IMG/VR virus record: IMGVR_UViG_3300027917_000019
Span: 32,001 to 96,000 of that record
DNA: 64,000 nt
Strand: one strand, 5' to 3'
Source of the DNA: a virus
Position 1 is the stretch's first letter; every line of letters begins with the position of its first letter. Below the pieces are notes generated by a model that worked only from the letters and a program-made list of their open reading frames with translations, made no database searches and was not told where the DNA came from. This document shows positions 15,974 through 24,551 of this stretch, one piece after another. The position numbers and the translations under genes are program-made.

Positions 15974-16823
15974 CGTATTACCCATAAGGCTATTGATAGC
16001 TCTTGATACTTCTGCTAGAATTCCTAACACCACTAGTGTATCTAAGAGTGTTGACTCCGCTATGGAAAAGGTTCCTGAAAAGGACAAGATTTCGAAGCCA
16101 TTCCAGTCTGAAGCTCAGCGGGGTAAATTCTATGCCATGGCAGAACAGGGTAAGATCTCTGAGGAAACTGTGGAAGAGTGGGAGCATGCAACTCCAAAAG
16201 GTAAGAAGCTCCCAAGGAAGAAAAAGATGAATAAGGCTCTAACAGACGCGATTGAGATTTTGAAGGCAGTTGCCTGTATGCCAGTTTCTGGCGACAAGCT
16301 AGAGAAGGACGCTACTGAGAAGGGCGTTTCTAAGGCGGCAGGGGCTCCTCCAGTGGGCGGTGAAGAGCGCAGGGTGTCTAAGCCTGTAGCTCCAAAGGTG
16401 GCCCCGGGAGCGTCTCCTGTGGGCGGCGAAGCTAAGAGAACGCCTGGTGCTTCAAGTTATGGTTCAAAGGGGACTAGCTACAACCCCATGAATAAGAGTG
16501 CTGAAGATGAGGATGTTGACAAGGCTCTTAAGTCTTCGGCAATTGTAGGCATTGCCCGCCGCATGCGGCTGCACGACTATTCTGCCGGCGTTGCTGGTGA
16601 TCAGCCCGTTATCGGTACAAACCGTGTGAGGAACGATCATGAACCTCCGGTAGTTCCTGTTCGTAGGGTTGAGACTCCAGAGCCTACGAAGGTTGTTGTA
16701 GACACATTTGTAGATTGTGAGCAGTGTGGTTGCGTATATAAGAGTTTAGGCAAGTGCCCTAAGTGTTCTAAAATTTCAGAATTGGGCGGCGAAGCGATTC
16801 CGTTTCATTTCCGAGGTCGTTGA
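15960..16823 (+). CDS. putative head protein with PFxSxAQR domain and C-terminal zinc ribbon
   Basis: PFQSEAQRGKF...EWEHATPKGKKLP; CEQCG...CPKC. Confidence 0.7.
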   Translation: MMTRNVLPIRLLIALDTSARIPNTTSVSKSVDSAMEKVPEKDKISKPFQSEAQRGKFYAMAEQGKISEETVEEWEHATPKGKKLPRKKKMNKALTDAIEILKAVACMPVSGDKLEKDATEKGVSKAAGAPPVGGEERRVSKPVAPKVAPGASPVGGEAKRTPGASSYGSKGTSYNPMNKSAEDEDVDKALKSSAIVGIARRMRLHDYSAGVAGDQPVIGTNRVRNDHEPPVVPVRRVETPEPTKVVVDTFVDCEQCGCVYKSLGKCPKCSKISELGGEAIPFHFRGR

Positions 16824-17233
16824 TGTTGTACCTGCGTCACGATCTCATAAAGGGTGACTCTTCCACCAAGCCTGAGAAGGCTAAGAAAGAAGGAGGAGCC
16901 TCATCCAAAACCGGTGAGCAGCGTGGAGGCAAGTATGTTGCCCGCGTTCAAACTGGTTATGAGAAGGACGGTAGTCCTCGATATAAGTACTTTGATACTC
17001 TAGAAGAAAGAGATAAGTACTTACAGAGTCGTGGTACTAGTGGTGACGGAAAGAAGCGTCTTAAGGACAAGCTCACTGATGAGCAAAAAGAAGCAAAGCA
17101 AAAACAGAAAGTTAGCCATGGTAAGGTAGAGTCCGGCAAGCTTTTTGTAGCCAAGGACAAAAAAGAAAAGAAGGAATCGGAGGAAGATACTAAGAAGAGT
17201 ATTTCCGTTTTCATCTGGAGGCTAGAAGAATGA
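16823..17233 (+). CDS. putative internal head protein
   Basis: MLYLRHDLIKG; GGKYVAR...RYKYF. Confidence 0.75.
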   Translation: MLYLRHDLIKGDSSTKPEKAKKEGGASSKTGEQRGGKYVARVQTGYEKDGSPRYKYFDTLEERDKYLQSRGTSGDGKKRLKDKLTDEQKEAKQKQKVSHGKVESGKLFVAKDKKEKKESEEDTKKSISVFIWRLEE

Positions 17234-17703
17234 GTCATTTCCCGCGTAAGCCTGTTCGTTTCATTGAGGCGAATGATGAGCTATTGGACATACAAAAGGC
17301 CGTAGCCTCAGATATGCGTACTTCCACAGATTATGGTGGGCCTACTGAAACTGCATACCCTGCACAGTCAGAACCGCAGTATCGTACGCCCCATGATCGT
17401 GTTAGCGGTAACGAGATGTTTCGTAGGTACCCAGACGGAAGCCTTGATTATGCATATGCTAAAGACAAGGTAGTAGAAGCTGTACATAAGGTGCGTGATG
17501 GGGGTGTCTTGACGTCCGTGGAGCGTGTAGCTCTTAGTTGCATGTTTCCTCACATGTTTTCTGGTGTAGACTCTGGTGTATCTGCAGCAGTTCGCGCTGT
17601 AAATCTACGCCTTTCTGCAGAAGAGTCTATGAAGGTTGCCTTGTTGGTTGCTAAGCATCTCAGCCAGGAAATGTCCTTCATGCACTCTAGCCACGCACGA
17701 TGA
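17230..17703 (+). CDS. hypothetical head-region protein
   Basis: Coupled overlaps; IQKA motif. Confidence 0.75.
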   Translation: MSHFPRKPVRFIEANDELLDIQKAVASDMRTSTDYGGPTETAYPAQSEPQYRTPHDRVSGNEMFRRYPDGSLDYAYAKDKVVEAVHKVRDGGVLTSVERVALSCMFPHMFSGVDSGVSAAVRAVNLRLSAEESMKVALLVAKHLSQEMSFMHSSHAR

Positions 17704-17915
17704 AGATTAGGACAAACCTATCTCCTGAACAGTTGGAGAATATTGCTAAAGGCATTAAGGTCGCTGCTGATAAACAGCGCGTTAGACCGTATGTTCCGGA
17801 AAACAACGCAGAGTCTGAGTTGCTTAGAAAAGCAGACAGTGCCCTTGATCTAATGCTAGACAGTTTACAAGAAGAAGTAGCAAACATATTGCTAGATAAG
17901 GAACACAATGAGTGA
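17700..17915 (+). CDS. hypothetical head-region protein
   Basis: Coupled overlaps; IAKG, LRKA. Confidence 0.7.
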   Translation: MKIRTNLSPEQLENIAKGIKVAADKQRVRPYVPENNAESELLRKADSALDLMLDSLQEEVANILLDKEHNE

Positions 17916-18366
17916 ATGGTGGAGTCCGAAGCCTCGCCGCGAATTGAACAAGTCCGGCCTCTTTTCCTACGATGAGGGAGAAGTGAAGATCGAAAAGAGT
18001 CAACCTAATCGCTGGAAGCAGCAACGTGACGCTGACGGAACTCCGCACACTCGTGGTGGTCCCAGCGCGCTTGCGCCTCCTCTTGCAGGCCCTGCGTTGT
18101 TCATTGCTGACATGGAGAAGGCCACCTCTGGAGATGATGGTCCACAGCCGAGGATAGAAGACGCGGAAAAGGTCGTTAAGGCATACTTGGAACTTTCCCA
18201 AGATCTTATCGCTAAGGGATTTGGGGATACTGTTAGAGCCGCAGGAAAGCAAATCAGTGCTGGTGCTAAGGAAGGTGCTAGTGCTGTCAATAAGCTGACA
18301 AATGTCGTTTCAAAGGTAAGTCCTGGAGCAAAGTCTTGCTCCGCAGATGACGACGACGACGAATAA
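17908..18366 (+). CDS. hypothetical head-region protein
   Basis: LNKS, IEKS, LFIADMEKA, VVKA, IAKG. Confidence 0.75.
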   Translation: MSEWWSPKPRRELNKSGLFSYDEGEVKIEKSQPNRWKQQRDADGTPHTRGGPSALAPPLAGPALFIADMEKATSGDDGPQPRIEDAEKVVKAYLELSQDLIAKGFGDTVRAAGKQISAGAKEGASAVNKLTNVVSKVSPGAKSCSADDDDDE

Positions 18367-18373
18367 GGGTTGA

Positions 18374-21055
18374 ATGCCGCTAACGAAGGGTAAACTGGAG
18401 AAGCTACGCCAGGCGGTAAAGCTTCATGTGAACTGGTTTGTCGCGGCTATCTTAGGAGAGGACGCGCTTACAGCACAGGAGCGTGCTGAGCTTGAGAAGT
18501 TTAAGAAGCTTCCTAAGCAGGCTCTAAGCTTAATTGAGCGTGGATTTGTCCTTGGGCGTCTTAAGTCCATCTTCAAAAAGAAAGAATGGAAGGGCCTTTC
18601 TTGGGAAGACTTTATAGATTTAGCCAAGCGTCAATCTCTTTCACCTCTAGAGAAGCTCGTATTGCAGCAGGCTAAGCTGTCAGCGGCTCAGCACATCAAA
18701 GGTCTCGCCGACGACATCGCCGCTGGCGTTTTCAACCAGCTAGCAAAGACTACCAATCAGGTCGTCAGCGAGGCGTCTCTCAAACAAATCATCAGTGATG
18801 AAGTTCAGCTTGCAGTTCTAGAGAAGAAGTCCTACACACAACTCGCTTCAAGTCTAGCGGCAAAGACAAAGACGCAGTATGGGTACAAGTGGGAACAAAT
18901 CTCTAGGACAGAACTCCACTCTGCTAAGACTCACGGACTTGCTCAGGCGATTATCAACAAGGTAGATGTCTACAAGCACAGTAAGGGCATCGATTCCATG
19001 GTTTCCCTCGTTCCAAAGCCTGGAACTTGTCCAGACTGTGCAAGGCACTATCTAGATAAGAGCGGAAATCCTAGGGTATTCTCACTGAGACAGTTGATGG
19101 GGGCAGGGTCTAACGCTGATCCTGGTGTTGTTCATAAGAAGACAAAGGGTGTGCATTTGCAATGGAAGACTACACTTCCGCCGTTGCACCCAAACTGTCG
19201 TTGTGAGTTGGTGTTCATTCCTCCTGGGTATACGTGGGTGAACGCACAGCTTACACTGACCAATCCAAGCGTACTAAAGAAGGCCATCGGGGATTCTAAG
19301 CTTAGTGGAACAGTAAAGCCGCAAGGGCCTGCGAGTGCAAAGGCATCTGGACCTGTCAATCCTCCAACTATCCCCGGTATCAAGAGTCCTGGGCAGGCTG
19401 ACAACGGTGGCCGTCCTGCGGCTCCTAAGTCTGCTTGGGCAGGCATGGAAGTTGACTACATTCCTAAAGCAGGGACAGCAGAGAAGCCTGAGGGTGCTGT
19501 TGGAGACACTGAGTCTAGTTGGGTTGTCCCGAAGGGCTTTAGACCGGGTAAGGCTCTCACCCCTGAGCAGGAAGCTCAGAAGAAGCAATTGGAGAAGCAA
19601 GCAGCCATTGAGTATGGTAAGGCAGACAATCCGCACGCTGAGATTCTAAGCCACCTAAGCAAGGGTGAGTTTACCGATATGCGCCAGCTTTCTGGGGATG
19701 AAGCTGGGCTATCAGGGATGGCTACATATCTTGTGCAGTTTAAGGATGGCCCCCGAGGGCTGTTGAAGGCGACTACTAAGAAGCTATATGCCAACTCTGG
19801 AGACCCTGAGCTGCTTCAAATTGGTGAGGGAACAACTATTCCTGGAACAGGCCCACAACGCGAAGCAGCTGCATACAACATGCATATGCAGTTTGGTTTG
19901 AAAGACCATGTTCCTCCTACAACAACGCGAATACACAATGGGGCTAATCACTCCATTCAAAGTTGGGCAGAAGGATTTGGACCTGCCAGAAGCATGCTCA
20001 GTTCTGCAGAAAAAGAAGAATCTGGCGTGGTGGTTGCTGGAGAAGGGGCTAAGAAGTCCACAGCAACTAATGAAGTAAAGAGCTTGTTGGAGAGGTGCCC
20101 TGCAGATAAGAAGGAGGCTCTAAAGCAGAAGCTCTTCGAAGGGGCTACTATGAACATCGTCTGCAACAACGGAGACGGGCATAACGGTAATATTCTCGTC
20201 AAAGAAGACTTCAGTGATGTTCGCTTCATAGACAACTCCGCTAGTTTTGGGCACGGCATGGTAGGTGTGTCTAGTGAAATCCACGGAGACATGCACAACG
20301 CTGGAATGAAGCTGAAAGTTCCGGACCACCTCATGGAGAAGTTCTCAAAGACTTCTTACGGAGATATACAAAAGGCTACAAAGGGACTTGACGATAGAGA
20401 ATCTGCTCAGACGTTTCTTCGTATGCGTTACGTTCAGCATTTGATGGATACTGAGGGACATCTTGATTTTGAAAAGTTTCGTCCAGAAGTCATGGGTCCC
20501 GGTGGTGGTGGTCCCCGTATTGGTATGTGGAATGGCTCAGGCTTTGAACAAGTTCTTGATTATGCAAAGAGGCGTGAGAAGGGAGAGCTTGCGCACGATC
20601 AGTTTGTTGCGTTTGCCAAGGATTTCATATCCTCTGCACAAGATGAGAACCACCCCGACAACAAGTCTGTTAGTGCTATGTTTGCTAAACAGTCTCCGCA
20701 AGATGTTCTTATTAGTGGGGAGGAGTTTTACGACAAGCATGTGGTTCCTAACTCTGAGGCAGGAGAACACCCTTCTGTAGCTGCTGAGCGTAAGAAGATG
20801 GAGCGCGCACATACACTACAAGACGCTCCCGGCTCTTCGGCTCCTTCTGGAAAGAAGTCTGAGTTTGAACCAAAACGCACACAAGTCTCTACCAAAGAGT
20901 GGATGGCTGCTTCAAAACCAGTGAGCACTAAAGCACAGAGCCCTAAAGCACACAAGACTTCTGCAGAACCAATTGGCACTAAAGCAGCCAAGCCTTCACG
21001 CATTAAGAAGTCACTATCTCTCTACATTGACGACCCAGGTCGACCTTGGTCTTGA
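18374..21055 (+). CDS. MuF (SPP1 gp7-like) minor head protein fused to a PI3K/PI4K/HipA-like kinase domain
   Basis: ISRTELH, CPDC, LPPLHPNCRCEL; then GLLK, REAAAY...VPPT, SIQSW, NGDGHNGNILV, FIDNSASF. Confidence 0.85.
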   Translation: MPLTKGKLEKLRQAVKLHVNWFVAAILGEDALTAQERAELEKFKKLPKQALSLIERGFVLGRLKSIFKKKEWKGLSWEDFIDLAKRQSLSPLEKLVLQQAKLSAAQHIKGLADDIAAGVFNQLAKTTNQVVSEASLKQIISDEVQLAVLEKKSYTQLASSLAAKTKTQYGYKWEQISRTELHSAKTHGLAQAIINKVDVYKHSKGIDSMVSLVPKPGTCPDCARHYLDKSGNPRVFSLRQLMGAGSNADPGVVHKKTKGVHLQWKTTLPPLHPNCRCELVFIPPGYTWVNAQLTLTNPSVLKKAIGDSKLSGTVKPQGPASAKASGPVNPPTIPGIKSPGQADNGGRPAAPKSAWAGMEVDYIPKAGTAEKPEGAVGDTESSWVVPKGFRPGKALTPEQEAQKKQLEKQAAIEYGKADNPHAEILSHLSKGEFTDMRQLSGDEAGLSGMATYLVQFKDGPRGLLKATTKKLYANSGDPELLQIGEGTTIPGTGPQREAAAYNMHMQFGLKDHVPPTTTRIHNGANHSIQSWAEGFGPARSMLSSAEKEESGVVVAGEGAKKSTATNEVKSLLERCPADKKEALKQKLFEGATMNIVCNNGDGHNGNILVKEDFSDVRFIDNSASFGHGMVGVSSEIHGDMHNAGMKLKVPDHLMEKFSKTSYGDIQKATKGLDDRESAQTFLRMRYVQHLMDTEGHLDFEKFRPEVMGPGGGGPRIGMWNGSGFEQVLDYAKRREKGELAHDQFVAFAKDFISSAQDENHPDNKSVSAMFAKQSPQDVLISGEEFYDKHVVPNSEAGEHPSVAAERKKMERAHTLQDAPGSSAPSGKKSEFEPKRTQVSTKEWMAASKPVSTKAQSPKAHKTSAEPIGTKAAKPSRIKKSLSLYIDDPGRPWS

Positions 21056-21079
21056 CTCCTCCCACATAGGTGATATCAT
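21052..21079 (+). promoter_or_regulatory. possible promoter
   Basis: TTGACT-16-TATCAT with extended TG, 6 nt before ATG 21086. Confidence 0.4.
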
Positions 21080-21085
21080 ACTACC

Positions 21086-21310
21086 ATGCCACGAGAACAC
21101 GAACACGAACTCTTCGACAATACAAAAGGTAAGTCTTTAGGCAAAGCCTGGTGGAATCCTGACACTGAGAAGATTGAGTGCAGCAACCACACTGTGTTGA
21201 AGATGATTTTCAACAACCACTCTCTTGCTTCTAAATCTGACAAAGCTTTGATTAGCAATCTAGCTCGGGCCTTCAAGTCAGGTTACATAACTGCGAGGTT
21301 GGTCAAGTGA
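21086..21310 (+). CDS. small protein after MuF-kinase (immunity candidate)
   Basis: 74 aa ORF immediately downstream. Confidence 0.65.
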   Translation: MPREHEHELFDNTKGKSLGKAWWNPDTEKIECSNHTVLKMIFNNHSLASKSDKALISNLARAFKSGYITARLVK

Positions 21311-21825
21311 GTGACTATATTCGTGTGTTTGAACTGAAGGGATTGGATGAGAACTTTGATGACGATCTGTCAAAGTCAATTCTAGAAATTCACCTAGATA
21401 AAGCATTGCACCCACAAGAAGCTGTTGAGAAGTCTCTGTACAACTTCGATTTAGATACGCCAGACGGCGTAGATCGCCTGTTAGAGCTTCTCCCAATACT
21501 AGACCCCGAGATTATAAACGAGGTTTATCAAGAGATTTTTCCTGGGTATCCTGTGGATACCCTCGCTCCGCGTATGGCTCGTTTAGAGTTGCGGGGTTAT
21601 TTAATGGACTACTTGGCGAATAATGGAACACAAGAAGGACAAGGAGCTGGAGAAGAAGCGGCAACTGCAGGAGGACCTGGATCGCCTGGCGAAGAGCCGC
21701 GATCTGAGGTACCAGGAGCCCAGCCTTCTGAGGAAGCTGGGGCAGCGGGTGTTCCTCCAGAACCTGAGCCTGGTGCCCAAGCTGACGAAGCTGAAGTTGT
21801 TGAGCCTGGGGCTGCACCCAGCTGA
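21307..21825 (+). CDS. hypothetical head-region protein with acidic tail
   Basis: LSKS, LDKA, VEKS motifs. Confidence 0.7.
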   Translation: MSDYIRVFELKGLDENFDDDLSKSILEIHLDKALHPQEAVEKSLYNFDLDTPDGVDRLLELLPILDPEIINEVYQEIFPGYPVDTLAPRMARLELRGYLMDYLANNGTQEGQGAGEEAATAGGPGSPGEEPRSEVPGAQPSEEAGAAGVPPEPEPGAQADEAEVVEPGAAPS

Positions 21826-21925
21826 TATAGATTATCTCCTCAACAAGAAACATCTTGTTGAGGTTCGTGACCCTGTCACCAAAATATGCTACTATTCAGT
21901 CAATATTGATCCAGTAGGTGAGTGA
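21623..21925 (+). CDS. hypothetical protein overlapping the previous gene in +1 frame
   Basis: ATG start, protein-like composition, stop overlaps the next start. Confidence 0.6.
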   Translation: MEHKKDKELEKKRQLQEDLDRLAKSRDLRYQEPSLLRKLGQRVFLQNLSLVPKLTKLKLLSLGLHPADIDYLLNKKHLVEVRDPVTKICYYSVNIDPVGE

Positions 21926-23273
21926 TACGTTGCCTGTAGAGGATAACATCAACAAGGCGTTTGGCCTACCTGAAGGAATAGACGCGGACCACGAGTATGT
22001 TTACCGCTCGGGGGAACGTGGTATCTATGATTTCTGGTACAAGGACCGCGCAGGAAACTACTGGAAATATACTAACGCACCGGAGGGCCATCAGGATTAC
22101 GATCCGTATGGTGGCGCTGCGATGCTAATAGCCGACCAGCCCATGCCTCATACCGCTCCTCAGTTTTATTCCGAGGATGGTAGAAAGCTCCATGTGGCTG
22201 TCCCGCAAGGGATGGAACTTACAAGAAACGAAGCATACGACCCTGAGAACCCGCGTAGTGTTTGGTACGGCGTGTACCAATCTGAGGACGGCGAGCCTCG
22301 CTTTGTCTACTACGACGCCGACGTGCGAGAGAATCTAGACCTCTGGGTTCAATATATGCTTCGTGTAACCGACGCTGGCCTAGTGTCTTATCGTAAGTAT
22401 GCATCTAAACTCTTTGAGTCTCCACACCCTAAGGACCGTATTATCGGTGTGATGCTCATGCTGGTCGACCAGGGTTTCTACGATGCATTTGAACTTGCGC
22501 AGGCTAGAGTTGAAGACGTGGAGTATGTCGACAACACCATAAAGTTGTTGAGCCGTAAGTTGGTATGTGACATTGGGCTGGTCGACTTTTTCACGTCAAT
22601 AACGAGTAAGCGCATTCCCAGCGATCCTCTGTTTGTACTAGACACGGTACACGGTAAAGAGCCGCTTGGCGAGCGTCATTTCTACAGCATTTTCAAGGCT
22701 TTGAAGGTGTCTCCACATGTTCTTTTGTACTGGCATGCGTCACAAATGTTTAGTCGTATTGTGCACAGACTTGCTGCCAATCATACACCTCTTGAAGAGG
22801 TAGAAGAGCGTGCATACGCAGAACTTGCTTTGGCATTGAACACGGTAGAAGACGTCACCCACCTTGTTGACTACAAGGTGAAGGAGGCGTTGTTGCGCAA
22901 TTATGAACCAATTGAGGAGCCTGAAGTAAGTGGTGAATCAACCCCTGCGCAAGACGTGGCAGAACAAGAGCCCGTTGCAAAAAGCATTCTTCGTACTGGT
23001 GGTGATAGCTTCGGCGTTGCTACCGTTTGGTCTGATCTTGTTGCTCGTAGACCCGATGAGCAGGAATTCAGTGTCTGGCTTCATGCTACGCCTTTGCACG
23101 ATACTACGGAGGAAGAGCAGGCAGAGATTGAAGAACAGCTAGTCGCTCAGCAGGAAGAAGCAGATCAGGAGGCTCCTCCTGAAGGGGGTGGTGGAGGTCC
23201 TGAAGCGCCCAATATGGGTACGTCTCCTACTCCTTCCGAAGGAAAGTTGCCGGCAGGAGAAGCTAGCGAATGA
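21918..23273 (+). CDS. topoisomerase IB-like protein, apparently inactive
   Basis: TopIB-like order of motifs with catalytic positions substituted. Confidence 0.6.
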   Translation: MSDTLPVEDNINKAFGLPEGIDADHEYVYRSGERGIYDFWYKDRAGNYWKYTNAPEGHQDYDPYGGAAMLIADQPMPHTAPQFYSEDGRKLHVAVPQGMELTRNEAYDPENPRSVWYGVYQSEDGEPRFVYYDADVRENLDLWVQYMLRVTDAGLVSYRKYASKLFESPHPKDRIIGVMLMLVDQGFYDAFELAQARVEDVEYVDNTIKLLSRKLVCDIGLVDFFTSITSKRIPSDPLFVLDTVHGKEPLGERHFYSIFKALKVSPHVLLYWHASQMFSRIVHRLAANHTPLEEVEERAYAELALALNTVEDVTHLVDYKVKEALLRNYEPIEEPEVSGESTPAQDVAEQEPVAKSILRTGGDSFGVATVWSDLVARRPDEQEFSVWLHATPLHDTTEEEQAEIEEQLVAQQEEADQEAPPEGGGGGPEAPNMGTSPTPSEGKLPAGEASE

Positions 23274-24235
23274 TTTTCGACGCACTAGAAGACATAGTCA
23301 AGGCTCGCAAGGCTAAGGGGCTGGATAGTTGGAAGAAGCTAGATCACCTGAAGGACAAGCTTCAAGGTAAGCAAGCTTCTCACATCACATTCACCACCTG
23401 CTATCCTGGACAGGAGGGAACTAAGAAACACCTCGGTTCTGCTTCTGGAAACCTTCATTTTGTGCTTGGGTACGTTAGCCCTGGTTTTCATGTTGCTCCC
23501 TATCATTGGCAACTAGTCGACCCGAACCTAACTGACCAAGAAGCAGCGGCAAAGAAGCACCCCACAAACCCCAGATACTGGAAAGACTCAGGACTACCGA
23601 TTGAAGATGAGGGAGACTTTGACCTCGGTAAGCCTCACAAGTTGTCACAGAATAGTGCCAACTCAGTGGCAAGAGCTTCTGTTAGAAAGACAGGGGCTAT
23701 GCAGGTCAAGTCTGGGTATGGAAAGTATGTTGCTGTCCCTGGAGAGGGGGCTGTCTACTCTCTTTCTAACGGGCATGTTTACAAGTGGGACGTTATCAAG
23801 GAATCTTTCTTTGCAGCAACTCAGCCTGATGTCACAGAGGCTATGAACGAGTCTGAGGAGGCTCCTGAGGTAGAAAAGAGTCTTAGAGGTCCCAGGGAGC
23901 CTTTCAGTGACTTTGTCTATCCTCTTGTGCGTAGACACTTCCCGAAGCCTGGATCTGTCTTTGACGCCGGTTCTGTAAAAGTACTGGTGAAATCAGACCG
24001 CGTAGTATTTTTCGATGAAAACAAGGACCCTACATACATTAAGGTGTTTGACCGTGTGTATGACCACTTTGATTTGAAAAAAGGTGGTGACATCCACCCA
24101 TCTATCCTGCTACAATTCGCAGTACACTATCTAGGCGTAAATCAACAAGAACTTGCTCAATTTGTTCACAATGAGGAAACTACAACTGGTGACGATTCTT
24201 CTCCTAATGTAATACAGAGGAACTCTAGTGGATAA
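23270..24235 (+). CDS. hypothetical head-region protein
   Basis: 321 aa; IVKA, VEKS, LVKS. Confidence 0.75.
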   Translation: MIFDALEDIVKARKAKGLDSWKKLDHLKDKLQGKQASHITFTTCYPGQEGTKKHLGSASGNLHFVLGYVSPGFHVAPYHWQLVDPNLTDQEAAAKKHPTNPRYWKDSGLPIEDEGDFDLGKPHKLSQNSANSVARASVRKTGAMQVKSGYGKYVAVPGEGAVYSLSNGHVYKWDVIKESFFAATQPDVTEAMNESEEAPEVEKSLRGPREPFSDFVYPLVRRHFPKPGSVFDAGSVKVLVKSDRVVFFDENKDPTYIKVFDRVYDHFDLKKGGDIHPSILLQFAVHYLGVNQQELAQFVHNEETTTGDDSSPNVIQRNSSG

Positions 24236-24449
24236 TGCACTCTGTTGCACGAAATGTGGTGAAGTCGTCATTAAGTCGATGGGTACTTCAACGAAAATCC
24301 GTGCTAAAGTATTAGTGGTTAGAGATAACCAAACATTTGCTGTATGTAAAGGGTGTGACAGCGAGATACCTGTACCGCTCGTAATGAATGAAACTATGGC
24401 AAAGGCTTTAGGAAAAACTGCCAAGCTAAGACTTTACGTTAGAAAATAG
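24228..24449 (+). CDS. zinc-ribbon protein
   Basis: CTKCG...CKGC; ends LRLYVRK. Confidence 0.75.
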   Translation: MDNALCCTKCGEVVIKSMGTSTKIRAKVLVVRDNQTFAVCKGCDSEIPVPLVMNETMAKALGKTAKLRLYVRK

Positions 24450-24452
24450 TGC

Positions 24453-24481
24453 TTGACAACCTGTTTAGCCTAGACTAAACT
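24453..24481 (+). promoter_or_regulatory. sigma70-type promoter
   Basis: TTGACA-17-TAAACT. Confidence 0.65.
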
Positions 24482-24508
24482 TATCAAACGGTTGAATGAA
24501 CTCCAAAT

Positions 24509-24544
24509 AGGGAGATCACCTTCGGGTGGTTTCCCTTTTTTTTT
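24509..24544 (+). terminator. intrinsic terminator
   Basis: AGGGAGATCACC-TTCG-GGTGGTTTCCCT followed by 8 T. Confidence 0.9.
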
Positions 24545-24551
24545 AGGTTTT

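Noticed and set aside
24492-24551. N-terminal extension of the prohead protease
   Set aside because: It is the translation of the terminator hairpin and T-run; ATG 24552 is preferred
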